Source: Octopus vulgaris
Lineage: Eukaryota
Length of the DNA: 64,000 nt
NCBI GenBank assembly: GCA_951406725.2
Contig: OX597823.1
Coordinates: 22,630,001-22,694,000, forward strand
Direction: 5' to 3'
This document shows, piece after piece, positions 10,736 through 23,325 of this stretch. How positions within the stretch are numbered: position 1 is the first letter of the stretch; every line of letters begins with the position of its first letter. A model generated the notes under the pieces. The model was not told where the DNA came from, did no database searches, and saw nothing but the letters and a program-made list of their open reading frames with translations. The position numbers were made by a program, and so were the translations under genes.

Positions 10736-11217
10736 TCATAAAAAATGGCGGTGCCCCAGCATGGCCACAGCTCGTGAGCTGAAACTAGATAAAATAAATA
10801 CACATACATATATGTACATACATGTGTTTGTGAACGTGCATACATGCGCTCGTGTGTGTGTGTCAGTTTGTGTGTGTGTTTGTAATATCATTTGACTTGC
10901 ATGAGTCTGTGTGTTTGTAACATCGTTTAACTTGTATGAAAAAATATCCACTTATATATTTACGTGTGTGTGTGTGTCTGTATGTCTCTGTGTGTGTTTC
11001 TAAACGTATTTATCTACGCTTGTGTTTGTGTAACATCGTTTAACTTGCTTGAAAAAAAATTCCACTTCTTGTATATGTCTAGGCATATATATATGTACTT
11101 ACATGTTAAACTTTTAGAAAAATTTACATAATTTCTTAAGTTTGGTGCTGAACAAGTTAAACATCCTAATGTAGCAATTGATCTTTACCTTTTGACCTAT
11201 AGATTAAAAAAATAACT

Positions 11218-11656
11218 TTTTGTAACTAAACACTTTCAAACTTCGGACACTGATAGAATGTGTCATATAAAACATATTTTACTCTTAGCATTTTTGAGAA
11301 AAACTTATATTTACGAAGTTATTTCAGGTTAAAGTTCTCGTATTTCGGTAATTTCAACCAATCAATGACGTGTATTCAGCTGAATAAATTTACTGCTGTT
11401 GTTTGTCAACAAGAACTTCCGGCAGTGTATATTTCGTTTGTTACTGTTATTTATGACAACCCTAACCCTAAAACCCTAAAACCTTAAAATCTTAACCATA
11501 ATTCTAACCCTAACCCTAACAACTTAAAACCAGTACAATCGCACGAACGATGTCATAAATAACAGTGACAAACGAAAAATACAGCGCCGATAGTTGTTGT
11601 TGACAAACAACGGCAGTAATTTTATTCAGCTGAATACACGTCATTGATTGGTTGAA
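11218..11656. mobile_element. Foldback/MITE with central telomere-like (CCCTAA) repeats, right arm truncated
   Basis: 11353-11458 inverted at 11551-11656; centre ACCCTAACCCTAAAACCCTAA...CTAACCCTAACCCTAAC; left arm homologous to 4362-4545. Confidence 0.75.
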
Positions 11657-12814
11657 CGCCCGGTTTAACACCTGACATCTTTAGTACCTTTAGCAAAGTC
11701 CATTTTGTTGTAAGGACTCTGACCAGGGTTCCAGTTTGGAAAGATCTTCTCTCTTTTACACCATCTTCAAAAGCCCTGTAAAAGACCCTAGACATTATCT
11801 TCCCTCCGGACTAAAAATATAGAAAACCCTATTTTTCTGCTTTTGATATTAAATTTCTTTGACATTTTCTAGAATTTGACAGGTTTTATCTGTATCAAAT
11901 GCTTGTTTCAAAGCAAAAAAAAATAATATTCTGTGATTATTGTAGATTATTTTGATACAGTTTTTTCAGTAGTTCTCGTCAGGTAATTTAATGTAGAGAA
12001 ATTTTCAATTAAAAATATAAAAAAAGCCATCCCTTATTACATGAAAATCCAGAATGTAGTCTGTTAGATGTTTGGTTTGTAATATTGAGTGGATTAAAAT
12101 TTCTGACTGTTTTTTACCGACTAACAAAACTGCCCTTAAGCAATCCGTTTTGAAAATTTTATCTTTTATTCAAATTAATTTTTCCGTTGATTTCAGTTGA
12201 CTGCTACGGATGTATGTTTTTAAACTGACTGAAGATTCTACGATTATACTGCTTTGGTTTCCTTTTTTGTCTCTTTTGATTATTTTAAATGTTGCTTCGT
12301 TTATATTCCATAGTTTTATAGTTCCTGACGAACACTTTCCATTTTAAAGTTGATATAATATTTTAATTTTCTTTTCAAGAGAAACTGACGCCTGCATCTA
12401 TTTTTGATATGACATCTGCAAACTCTATTACGTAATCTAGAGAATATTTAATAAAATATCCAAAACTAAAACGAAGGCAGCTACTTCTTGTAGCCAGCTC
12501 TCTACCTCATAATCGTAGAAGGGAAATTAAAATAAGAGATGAGCGAAAAATGAAAGGAAAATGAGAAACTAAACGGAAATGTGCAAATAATGAAATAGCA
12601 TTTCCAATGATATAAGAGATAGAAGAAAATAAAAATTCTGCCAAAACCCAAATCGCACAAATCGAGAAGCGTGTAAAACGAGGTGAAATCTCTGTGTGTG
12701 TGTTTGAGTTTACATACATACATACATACATACATACTTACATACATACATATATATATGTGTGTGTGTGTGTTTGAGTTTATATTCATACATACATAAG
12801 CATGCTTGTATGTA

Positions 12815-13166
<352 letters not shown>

Positions 13167-13527
13167 ATACGGGGAGGATAAGAGACGGAACGAAGCGAAA
13201 ATTCGAAAATTCGAAAATTCAGACAAAGAAAGAGAGAGTGAGAGCGAAAGAGAAAGTGATTGAGTGATTGAGTGAGAGTGAGAGAGAGAGAGAGAGAGAT
13301 GTACATAGACACCTAACACACGCATCATTGTTCTACGTCTTCTGGATGTTTCCATTGCCTACTTTACACTCGACCCGCCACTTGTTAGGCAGAGACATGT
13401 TTCGTTATCGTTGCGTTTCATGTTTCCAGTCTTCCCTATAATAACTTCCTGATTATCTTCTCGCTCCATTTCTCACGTCTTCGTTCCCTCTTACTTCTAT
13501 TCCTGTTGGTTCTTGTCCTCATGGTTG

Positions 13528-13556
13528 ATCTTCTTCTTCTTCTTCTTCTTCTTCTT

Positions 13557-13628
<72 letters not shown>

Positions 13629-13642
13629 TTCTTCTTCTTCTT

Positions 13643-13689
<47 letters not shown>

Positions 13690-13705
13690 TCTACTTCTTC
13701 TCCTT

Positions 13706-13752
<47 letters not shown>

Positions 13753-13762
13753 TCTACTTCTC

Positions 13763-13794
<32 letters not shown>

Positions 13795-13804
13795 TCTTCT
13801 ACTT

Positions 13805-13862
<58 letters not shown>

Positions 13863-13904
13863 CACTACTACTACTACTACTACTACTTCTTCTACTTCTT
13901 CTAC

Positions 13905-13945
<41 letters not shown>

Positions 13946-13985
13946 TCTCCTTCTACCACTACTACTACTACTACTACTTCTTCTT
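13528..13985. repeat. Compound triplet array (CTT)n-(TTA)n-(TAC/TTC)n
   Basis: Direct inspection. Confidence 0.95.
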
Positions 13986-14224
13986 TCCTCCCTCTCTTCC
14001 TTCTTTTTTCTTTCTTTCTCTTCCTTTATTTCCCCCCACACCTCCTCCCTGTGCTTCTTTTACTCGATAAAAGATGCCAATAAAAGATGTAGGTGGTTGA
14101 AGCTACGTTCACTGATTCTAAAATCACATATTTCTGGTACTTATTGAACCAGAAAAGGCGTGGAGGGATGGGAAGGCAAGACATCGGCAAGATTTCAAGC
14201 CTTTGTATTTCATAATTCTTTCGA

Positions 14225-14425
14225 GTTTTGGTAGAAGACCAGAAATTTTCAGGGAATAGGATAAAGTCAAATACATGACCCCATTGCTAAACTGGTGCTT
14301 ATTTTATCGACCCCATAAGGATGAAATACCAAATCAAACTTGGTGGAATTTGAACTTATAATGTAATGCGCGGGAAGAAATACCTTTAAGCATTTTGTGC
14401 GAAGAGCAATAATTCTTCAAGTTCA
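14225..14425 (-). mobile_element. SINE family A (degraded)
   Basis: CCAGAAATTTT...AACTGGTGCTTATTTTATCGACCCC...GGAATTTGAAC...AAGCATTTTG matches the adjacent copy. Confidence 0.7.
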
Positions 14426-14447
14426 CTTCTTTCTTTATACTTTATCT

Positions 14448-14665
14448 TTTCTGCTCTAGGTACAAGGCTCGAATTTTTTTTTTGTGTGTGTGAGGGGAGC
14501 AGTCGATTACATCGACCCCAGTACGTAGCAGGTACTTAATTTATCGATCCCGAAAAGATGAAAGCCAAAGTCGACCTCAGCGGAATTTGAACTCAGAACG
14601 TAATGACAGACGAAATACCGCAAAGCATTTCGCCCGGCGTGCTAACGTTTCTGCCGGCTCGCCAC
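14448..14665 (-). mobile_element. SINE family A (well preserved)
   Basis: Minus strand GGTGGCGAGCCGGCAGAAACGTTAGCACGCCGGGCGAAATGC...CTGAGTTCAAATTCCGC. Confidence 0.9.
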
Positions 14666-15861
14666 CTTCCGCTTTCTTTATATTATATAATACAGTCACT
14701 AAACGCAGGGTATGTTGATAATTTTAGAGCACAGAAGTCCATACATGATTTTGGCACTTGTTTTGAGCTTCTTATATTTAAAAAACATACAACGGTTTGA
14801 TCCTTTTCAGGGCCTATAGAACTGGTATGAAAAAGAGCGGTGTTATGTTGAAATCGAAAGCGGAGACCTTGGACAAATTCAAGCAACAGAATTGACTCTA
14901 GAAGTCGAGTGTGTTAATTTGAGTGACGAATTAAGTTTATCAGCTAAAACAAAACTGGTCTCTTCAATGAGTTTCCGTAAATTCTCATCTACCAAATTTC
15001 ACACGCAATGTTTCGGTCGACTCGAGAATATGGCAAAAGAGCCGTTGGATCGATCCTGCTGCCACATAGGTACGAAGGCAACTTCCTCACCACACAACCA
15101 TACCGGTGTTCAGGCTGGGAAACCATTAGGCATTTATCTATATACTCCCATTATTTACTGGTATCAGAGTAGCTTCATACAGTAGCACTTTTGATATTTC
15201 TAGTTTTGAGTAGCTATATCTTTTCTAAGCTTTTATGTTAGATATTTCAACATGATTTGGGACCAAAGACATCCCTACTATGACCTTTCTACCTTTTCAC
15301 ACATCATAATACATGTGGACTTCATTTTCCAATTTTTCCGTGTTTTTAAGATGGTAGAGTGAAATCTTATGGCGCTTTGGCTGTTATTTCTGGTAGATTT
15401 GACGACCAAGTAGATGATCGCTTGTTGGTTTGATTTGTACACATTTGTTTGAATATTTAAGACTTGTACTGTTCTTCGATTGTTCTATATGATAATAATA
15501 CGTTGCAGAGAGTCAACGTCTACAGCTTCGTTAAAGGAATCCTTTGCAACTGAAAGACATTGAAATGGCAAAAAAAATATTGAACAGCTACACTCTCAAC
15601 AATATTAGATAAAATGGTAGATGATAGAAAAGGAAGAGCGACATTTATTCGGCTATGAGATGAGGGTCAACAAGATGGAATTAAGTGTAATGTAACTTGT
15701 GACTGTTTACTAAAAATAGTCTCTGGCTTTGTTTTTAAATCATAGCAAGTGAACAACATTCGACACGTAGATAGCGATGCTTATTCTCAAACTCTTGGTT
15801 ACGAAAATGAGGAAAATATTTTTGGAAGGTACTTTGATGATCCTTAAAAAAGGGTAATCGG

Positions 15862-16620
15862 CCCCATCCTATTCTAATCTGAGTTTGTCGCATCTTATTG
15901 TAATCTGAATCTGTCCCATCCGATTCTAATCTTAATCTGTTCCATACTATTCTAATCTTAATCGGTTCCATCCTATTCTAATCTTAATTTGTTCCACCCT
16001 ATTCTAATCTTAATTCGTCCCATCCTATTCTAATTTTAATCTGTTCCTTCCTATTCTAATCTTGATTCGTCTCATCCCATTCTAATCTTAATCTGTTCCA
16101 TTCTATTCTAATCTTAATTTGTTCCATCCTATTCTAATCTTAATTTATTCCATCCTATGCTGATCTTAATCTATCCCATCCTATTCTAATCTTAATTTGT
16201 TCCATCATACGCTAATCTTAACCTCTCGCATGCTATTCTAATCTTAATTTGTTCTATCTTATTTTAATCTTAATCTATTCCATCCTATTCTAATCTTAAT
16301 CTGTTTCATCCTATTCTAATCTTAATTTGTTTCTTCCTATTCTAATCTTTATTCGTCTCATCCCATTCTAATCTTAATCTGTTCCATTCTATCCTAATTT
16401 TAATCCTTTTCTAATCGTAATCTGCCCCATCCTATAATAATTTTAATTTGTTCCATCCTACGCTAATCTTAATCTCTCCCATCTTATTCTAATCTAAATC
16501 TACCCCATCCTATTCTAATTTTAATCTGTCCCATCCTAATTTAAGCTTAATCTGTTCCATCCTATTCTAATCTTAATTTGTCCCATCCTATAATAATCTT
16601 AATCTGTCTCCTTCTATTCT
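15862..16620. repeat. 26-bp minisatellite, roughly 29 copies
   Basis: Unit approx. TCCTATTCTAATCTTAATCTGTTCCA repeated tandemly with substitutions. Confidence 0.92.
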
Positions 16621-16684
16621 ACACGCTTTATCGTTTACTATTTAATGAATTAATCTGTCCTTTGTAAAGGATTGACGTAAATAA

Positions 16685-16832
16685 TGGCAGCGTCATTAGA
16701 TCGTGGTCAAAATGTATCGATTCCACGCTTTTAGGTTCTGGTTCCAAATCCGCCATATTTAATTTTGCCTTTCATCCTTTTCGGGGTCGATAAAATATGA
16801 TAGCCGTCTAATACTGAGATCGTTGTAATCTA
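16685..16832 (+). mobile_element. SINE family A (degraded)
   Basis: TTTTGCCTTTCATCCTTTTCGGGGTCGATAAAAT is diagnostic of family A. Confidence 0.65.
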
Positions 16833-17302
16833 TTGTTGATCTGTGCGTACACGCGATATGCTACCATAATAAATTCGAACCCGAATCGATGCCCAACCGT
16901 GTGTTTCCAACGACAGATTGAGTTTGACACACTTGTTAAGAGTACATCACCGTTACATTCGAATTGCCATTTGAATTATTCATCTGTAACACCTTGTATT
17001 AACTCCAATACCACACACACACACACACACACACACATAAACACACACACACATAAACACACCACACACATACACACACATAAACACACAAACACACACA
17101 CACAAACACATACACACACACACACACATAAACACACACACACAAACATACATACAAACACACACACATAAACACACACACACGAATACACATATACACG
17201 CACACACCACACAAACACACGCACACACTTTCTCTAAAAACCAAAGCCAATCAAAAACAACATGTCATCACTTACAACTATTTATTTTACGAAGAAGGTT
17301 AT

Positions 17303-17891
17303 TGCTGTTGTTGTTGTTGTCGTTATTGTTGTTGTTGTTGTTGTTGTTCTTCTTCTTCTTCTTCTTCTTCTTCTTCTTCTTCTTCTTCTTCTCCTCCTCC
17401 TCCTCCTCCTCCTTCTTCTTCTTCTTCTTCTTCTTCTCCTCCTCCTCCTTCTTCTTCTTCTTCTTGCCGTCATCGTCGTCGCCGCCATTATTTCAGTTGC
17501 TTTTATTTCTGTAAATATTCGTGTTATTATTGCTGTTGGTATTGTTGTTGTGTTTACCGTTTGTTGTTGTTGTTGTTGTTGTTGTTGTGGCTTTTGCACA
17601 TTTTTGTTTCGCTTTTGTTTCTGTTCTTTTTCTTTCTCCTTTTGCTCTCACCACCACCGCCGCCACCGCCGCCGCCGCTGCTGCTGCTGCTGTTCGTATT
17701 GTTGTTGTTGATGGCAATATTGTTGCTCTTATTATCATTGTTATCATTGTTGATGTTGTTCTTGTTCTTGTTGTACCTATTCCTGTTGTTTTCCTTCCTA
17801 TTGTTTGTTCCTACTGTTGATAATCGTTCTCACCGTTCATTTTGTTGCTGTTGTTGTTACCGCTGCTGCTGGTGCTGCTGGTGCTGGTGCT

Positions 17892-17922
<31 letters not shown>

Positions 17923-17973
17923 ATGATGTTACTGTTGTTCATCATCATCTTCATCATCATCATCATCATCATC

Positions 17974-18019
<46 letters not shown>

Positions 18020-18102
18020 CCATCACTACCATTATCATCATCATCATCATCATCACCATCACCACCATTATCATCTTCATCATCATTATCATCATCATCA
18101 TC

Positions 18103-18135
<33 letters not shown>

Positions 18136-18309
18136 TTCATCATCATCTTCATCATCATCACCATCATCATCTTCATCATCATCATCATCATCACCATCAC
18201 CACCATTATCATCACCATCACCACCATTATCATCATCATTATCATCATCACCATCACCACCATTATCATCTTCATCATCATTATCATCATCATCATCATC
18301 ATCATCATT

Positions 18310-18340
<31 letters not shown>

Positions 18341-18669
18341 CCATCACCACATCATCATCATCATCATCATCATCATCATGACCATCATCAAGATGCTTCA
18401 GTCGCATCTCCGTTGGATTTTATCTCGTCGATCATCACCTTCATTTCATCCTCATTGATCATATCAGCATCACTAAACGATCGATTTATGTTCAACCTTT
18501 TCATTACTCTAATTGGTATCGATCTCTGTCTCACTCTTCCTCCCCACCTTTCTCAATATTTCCTCTACTCTTCTTCTTTATCACCTTCTTCTTCTCCTCC
18601 CCCTTTCCTTCTTCTTCTTCTTCTTCTTCTTCTTCTTCTTCTTCTTCTTCTTCTTCTTCTTCTTCTTCA

Positions 18670-18738
<69 letters not shown>

Positions 18739-18785
18739 CATCATCATTCTCATCATCATCATCGTCGTCGTCGTCATCGTCGTCG

Positions 18786-18838
<53 letters not shown>
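17303..18838. repeat. Large compound trinucleotide field (GTT, CTT, CCT, GCC, GCT, GAT, CAT, TAT)
   Basis: Direct inspection; includes a ~440-bp (CAT)-based array at 17939-18377. Confidence 0.95.
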
Positions 18839-18839
<1 letters not shown>

Positions 18840-19826
18840 CTCTCCTGCTAATTCTATTTCTCTCTATTCATATGCGCACTGTTCATACATACAGACACAC
18901 ATACACACATACATAAGTACATATACATGCACATGCACACGCACACACACACACACACACACTTAGTCTTATGGGAAGGTTAGACCTTCCCAAATGGCCA
19001 TCAACTGCAATTACTCTTATCATTTCAAAAAATAATCAACCGACCATGTTAAAAATTAACGTCCAATAACTAACCAGAGTGTCATATATAATATAATACA
19101 CTGGGCGCCTCGATTTCTTCTTAAAGAGCCTCTCTACCACTAACAATATAAATGCTGAGCAAATTAGAAGAAAGAGGAAAGTAGCTGCATAGAATAGCTA
19201 GTAATTAATAAAATGATATAAGGTAAAACAGTTAAGTAACGCATGGATTATTGAAGCGTTACAATTAGTCGAAAATCCCCTGTTGCTAATTGCTGCTATA
19301 TAATACTTGATTAGGACTTGGTGCACCACCAGAGAATTCACTTAATTGAAGATTATTAAAAAAAAAGCAGCATCATCCAGGATGACAGCCTGTCACTACG
19401 GCTGTGGGTCGTTTCGTCGAGCATGTTATCGTAGCATCTCACTGAGATGAATTCCCTAAATTCAGGGATATATATCTCAGATTTTTTTTTTTTTTTTTTT
19501 GTGGATGACGAGTAGCTTAATTTGGGTGGAGGGTATGGTGGACGGTCCGCATTGGATGATCGCTCACTGCAGCCACCACCACCACCACCACCACTCACAT
19601 GGACACTGCAGGGGTTGCCCGAAACGAGGGTGATGTCAAGGGCTAGCTCTAGTGGCACATCCTCCAACTACTTCACGGTATGTACCACATATTAAAGACA
19701 TTAAAAAAAAAGCCCAAATGGATCCCATTTCTCAGATCTCATGAAGTGACATGAAATTTGGTGACTCCATATATGAAGAAAACTTAATTCCTGTCAAAAT
19801 GAAAGAAATGAGAGAAAAGAAAAATC

Positions 19827-20068
19827 TCACAAGTGTTGCTGTGTGCTAAGAAACTTACTTCTCATCCACGTGGTTCGGAGTTCAGTCCCACTGCGTGGCA
19901 CCTTGAGCAAATGTCTTCGAATATGGCCCCGGATCGACCAAAGCCTTGCGAGTGAATTTGGTACACAGAAACTGGAAGAAGCCTGTCGTATGTGTGTGTG
20001 TGTGTGTGTTTCCATCCACCATTGCTTGACAACCAGTGTTGGTGTGTTTACGTCCCGGTAACTTATCG
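19827..20068 (+). mobile_element. SINE family B, 3'-truncated
   Basis: GCTGTGTGCTAAG...GAGTTCAGTCCCACTGCGTGGCACCTTGAGCAAATG...GTTTACGTCCCGGTAACTTA. Confidence 0.85.
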
Positions 20069-20341
20069 ATTTTAGTATAATGCGTGGGTCAGATTGTAAC
20101 ACCCAAGTAACGTCATCCTTAGAGAAAAAGTGGGCAGTAAATACCTTTCTTAACTTTGTGGACATGAAAATATCATGTTGAGAATAGGTTATTAACTTGA
20201 GGAACAAGACAAAATGGAAGCTGATGCCAATCTTTCTCTAAGGAACACTGAAAAATAATACTTAAAATACAAGCAAAAAGACAAAGATATACCAATTCAG
20301 TAAGTTTAGGTCGGTACAGAGAGATCACTGGCAGGTATCTG

Positions 20342-20439
<98 letters not shown>

Positions 20440-20529
20440 CATACACTACATGCGTGTGTATACCGATTTTAAAATGAGTTTTACCCGCTTGTGGTCTCTC
20501 AGTTTGTTCCAAGTACTGATCTAAACACC

Positions 20530-20563
<34 letters not shown>

Positions 20564-20613
20564 CATACTTTATTATCTCCCCTTCTTCCTAGCTCTCCTG
20601 TGTAACCACTCTG

Positions 20614-20812
20614 TACGGCATTCGCCATGATAGATCGCTAGCCACTATAGCATTTTCTATTTTCTCTCCCTGTTTATTTCTCTGTTCCTTTCTGTCGAAG
20701 AGCGAAGGCTCGAAACGTAAAAGACTTTCTCGCTTCCTGAGCGTTAAGCTAATGCATCTGTTTATTGTTTACACATTCGTCTTCATCTTTTGATTTTTTG
20801 TAAATTCTCACT
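20614..20812 (+). mobile_element. Short repeat with minimal hammerhead-like motif (family H, copy 1)
   Basis: CTTT-CTGTCGAA-GAGC-GAAG-GCTC-GAAAC-GTA-AAAG at 20688-20723; homologous copies at 37026-37209 and 63460-63740; 3' end runs into (TA)n. Confidence 0.7.
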
Positions 20813-21138
20813 ATATATATATGTATTATAAATATAAGGTAAAACAATATTTTATTTAATAATAAACAAATTTTACCAAGTAGCTTCGGTATGGAAAAAA
20901 AAACATTATCGGTAAAAACTTACACAAAATGTTTTTTTTTGTAATCATAAATATAATTGAAGCAATTTTTTGCTAAATCCTTAATTATATATATATATAT
21001 ATTACCAAGTAGCTTGGTAAAATATATATATTTATATAATTTGAGGGAATACTATTCCTAACTTACAGGGAAAAATTCAATTTAGAAATACTAAATCAAA
21101 TTTCACAAAATTATAAATTAGAAATTAGAAAAAATAAA

Positions 21139-21414
21139 TTAGAAAAAAAATACCTTTTATCAATTCAAAATGAACAATTAAATTACACCATCTAGAAAGT
21201 TAGATATAATAGAAATATTAAATATATATATTAAATAACAATAATATACGATGATTTAAGTAATGTGCAAAATAATAAATAAAACTTATATATTTAGTTT
21301 TTATGCTAAATATATATATTTAATATATATATTTAATATTTCTATCATATGTAATTTTCTAGAAGGTGTAATTTAATTGTTCATTTTGAATTGATTAAAA
21401 GTGTTTTTTTCTAA
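21139..21414. repeat. AT-rich inverted repeat (~100-bp arms)
   Basis: 21139-21237 (TTAGAAAAAAA...CAATTCAAAATGAACAATTAAATTACACC...) is inverted at 21315-21414. Confidence 0.75.
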
Positions 21415-21439
21415 TGCATACATACATACATACATACAA

Positions 21440-21604
21440 AGCTGGCCCTTTGAAATACATGTACTACTCAGTTTTACCGGTTTAAAAGACTAGAGCAACG
21501 TGAAATAAAGTCTTGCTCAAGGACACATGGCAACAGCGGGAATTGAACTCACCATCATACGATCGTGAGCCGAATGCCTTAATCACTAAGCTACGCGCCT
21601 TCAC
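21440..21604 (-). mobile_element. tRNA-derived SINE, family C
   Basis: Minus strand TGAAGGCGCGTAGCTTAGTGATTAAGG...GAGTTCAATTCCC...GTGTCCTTGAGCAAGAC; second copy at 29765-29985. Confidence 0.8.
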
Positions 21605-22114
21605 TACGCGCTCACACACATACATATGAAAAGATTACCGACATCATTCGGCACGGCAACAGCACTATGACGTCATGAAGAGACTCAATGAATTTGACCT
21701 TAACTCGCTTAATAAAATTAATAACGCATTAATTTCATTTGCTTGGGAGGATTTTTGACAAATTAAGCGAATTCTGATGGATGGTAATTGTAGCCCTGTA
21801 TTAACGGATTTTTATCTATCTCCACGTGAGTTCAACTTCCTTAATGATCTACACCGAAGGAAAAAAAAAAACTCTTTTGGTCAAACAACTCGGTTGATGC
21901 TGCAGAGATATCGATGATATTTTTTATTCCTGACTATGGGTATTTTGAATATATACTGAAAAAACATATCCGGTGGATCTCCAGGCAGATAAAAATTGGC
22001 GATTCAGTAAAAGAGGTTAACTATTTAAATGTGAAAATAGTTTGTGTAGATTGTAAGCTCGAAATGACTGTTTATAACAAGATTAATAGCTTTTAATTTC
22101 CGCATTACATCGTT

Positions 22115-22564
22115 GGGATCTTTTCGGTTTGAACGGCAGTTTTTTTTCTAGCGGTGTCATATGAAATTATCACCCATAATTATGACCCTAGTATCGATCT
22201 ATTGCATTTAAATCTCTTTTAGGGTTAGGGTTAGGGTTACGGTTAGGGGTGGGGGAAGGGTATCTTTTTTTTCTTCACAAATGTAAATAAACCCAAACTG
22301 TTTCTTAAACGAGGGACAGAATGCTTTTTGACTCAATAGACGGCACAGAATGCTTTTTGACTCAATAGACGTCACTGATTGGTTGAAATTGCAGAAATTG
22401 AAGAAAAAAAACAACAACAAATATCTTACAAACTATAGAATTTTCTCAATAAACCCAAGAGAAAAAGAAGTTTTATAAACACATTCTACCAGTATACGAA
22501 GTTTAAAATTTTTTAGTTACCTAGAAATTATGTTAAAAACTGCCGTTCAAACCGAAAAGATCCC
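22115..22564. mobile_element. MITE with 31-bp TIRs, 6-bp TSD (ATCGTT) and internal TTAGGG repeats
   Basis: GGGATCTTTTCGGTTTGAACGGCAGTTTTT ... AAAAACTGCCGTTCAAACCGAAAAGATCCC; ATCGTT at 22109-14 and 22565-70; (TTAGGG)3-TTACGG-TTAGGG at 22219-22248. Confidence 0.9.
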
Positions 22565-23262
22565 ATCGTTGGCCTTGGCGGATAGTAGCATTACTCTTTC
22601 ATGGGTTATGACGTGTTTTCCAGTCAAGTCATTAGATATGACAGAATTATAAATAACGTTGGAATGTTTTTGGATAGAGTTAATATGTCAAAGGCGCACA
22701 TGGGAAAACAGTTGTAAAAGATTGATTAAATGTTTAAATGTCGCTTAGGTAAACGCGGTAAAGCTTTGAGAAAATATGGAACGATCTCGATTTTAAAGTT
22801 GATCCTGGAACTGTAAAGGGTATTATTTTTTTTTTTATATCTAGGTAAGGTTAAATCACTGTTTAGAAGTCTTAGGGTTGGTTGTTATTTCACTGTTGTG
22901 TAGTTAGGTTTGACTTCTGCCTGTTGACAGATATTGATCTTTCAGTACTTGGCAGCGTAGAGTTTAAGATGTGAATATGGTTTCTGTTAATTTCTCTGCA
23001 ACACGTGGGGTTTCGTTACAAATAACATTATTACGGTAGTAATTTTGTTTTAGTAGTATATAATGTTTATAGTTTGTAAGTGTATATGTTGATTTAAATT
23101 ACATATATATTTATTTATTCAATAATTCAAGGTAATTCGAATTGCTTCCAAGTAGCAAGCTCGTTGGCCGTTTATTTATACAGGATTATTTAGTCTCTTT
23201 GTTGTTAGGGCGTGTTATTAGTTATTTGATTTAATTATAGATGTATATATTATATATGTATG

Positions 23263-23325
<63 letters not shown>

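Noticed and set aside
11660-12480. Possible Penelope RT relic (FSAFDIKFL)
   Set aside because: Single short motif with stops around it and no other RT motifs in order.
15862-16620. Regular ~26-bp repeats as a CRISPR array
   Set aside because: Units are contiguous with no unique spacers, there are no cas genes, and the context is eukaryotic.
17805-18458. 217-aa poly-histidine ORF (tempting as a His-rich structural protein)
   Set aside because: It lies in a compound triplet field open in several frames and on both strands, with no signal peptide, splice signals or non-repetitive domain.
22219-22248. True telomere or chromosome-fusion scar
   Set aside because: Only ~5 units, located inside a TIR/TSD-bounded element.
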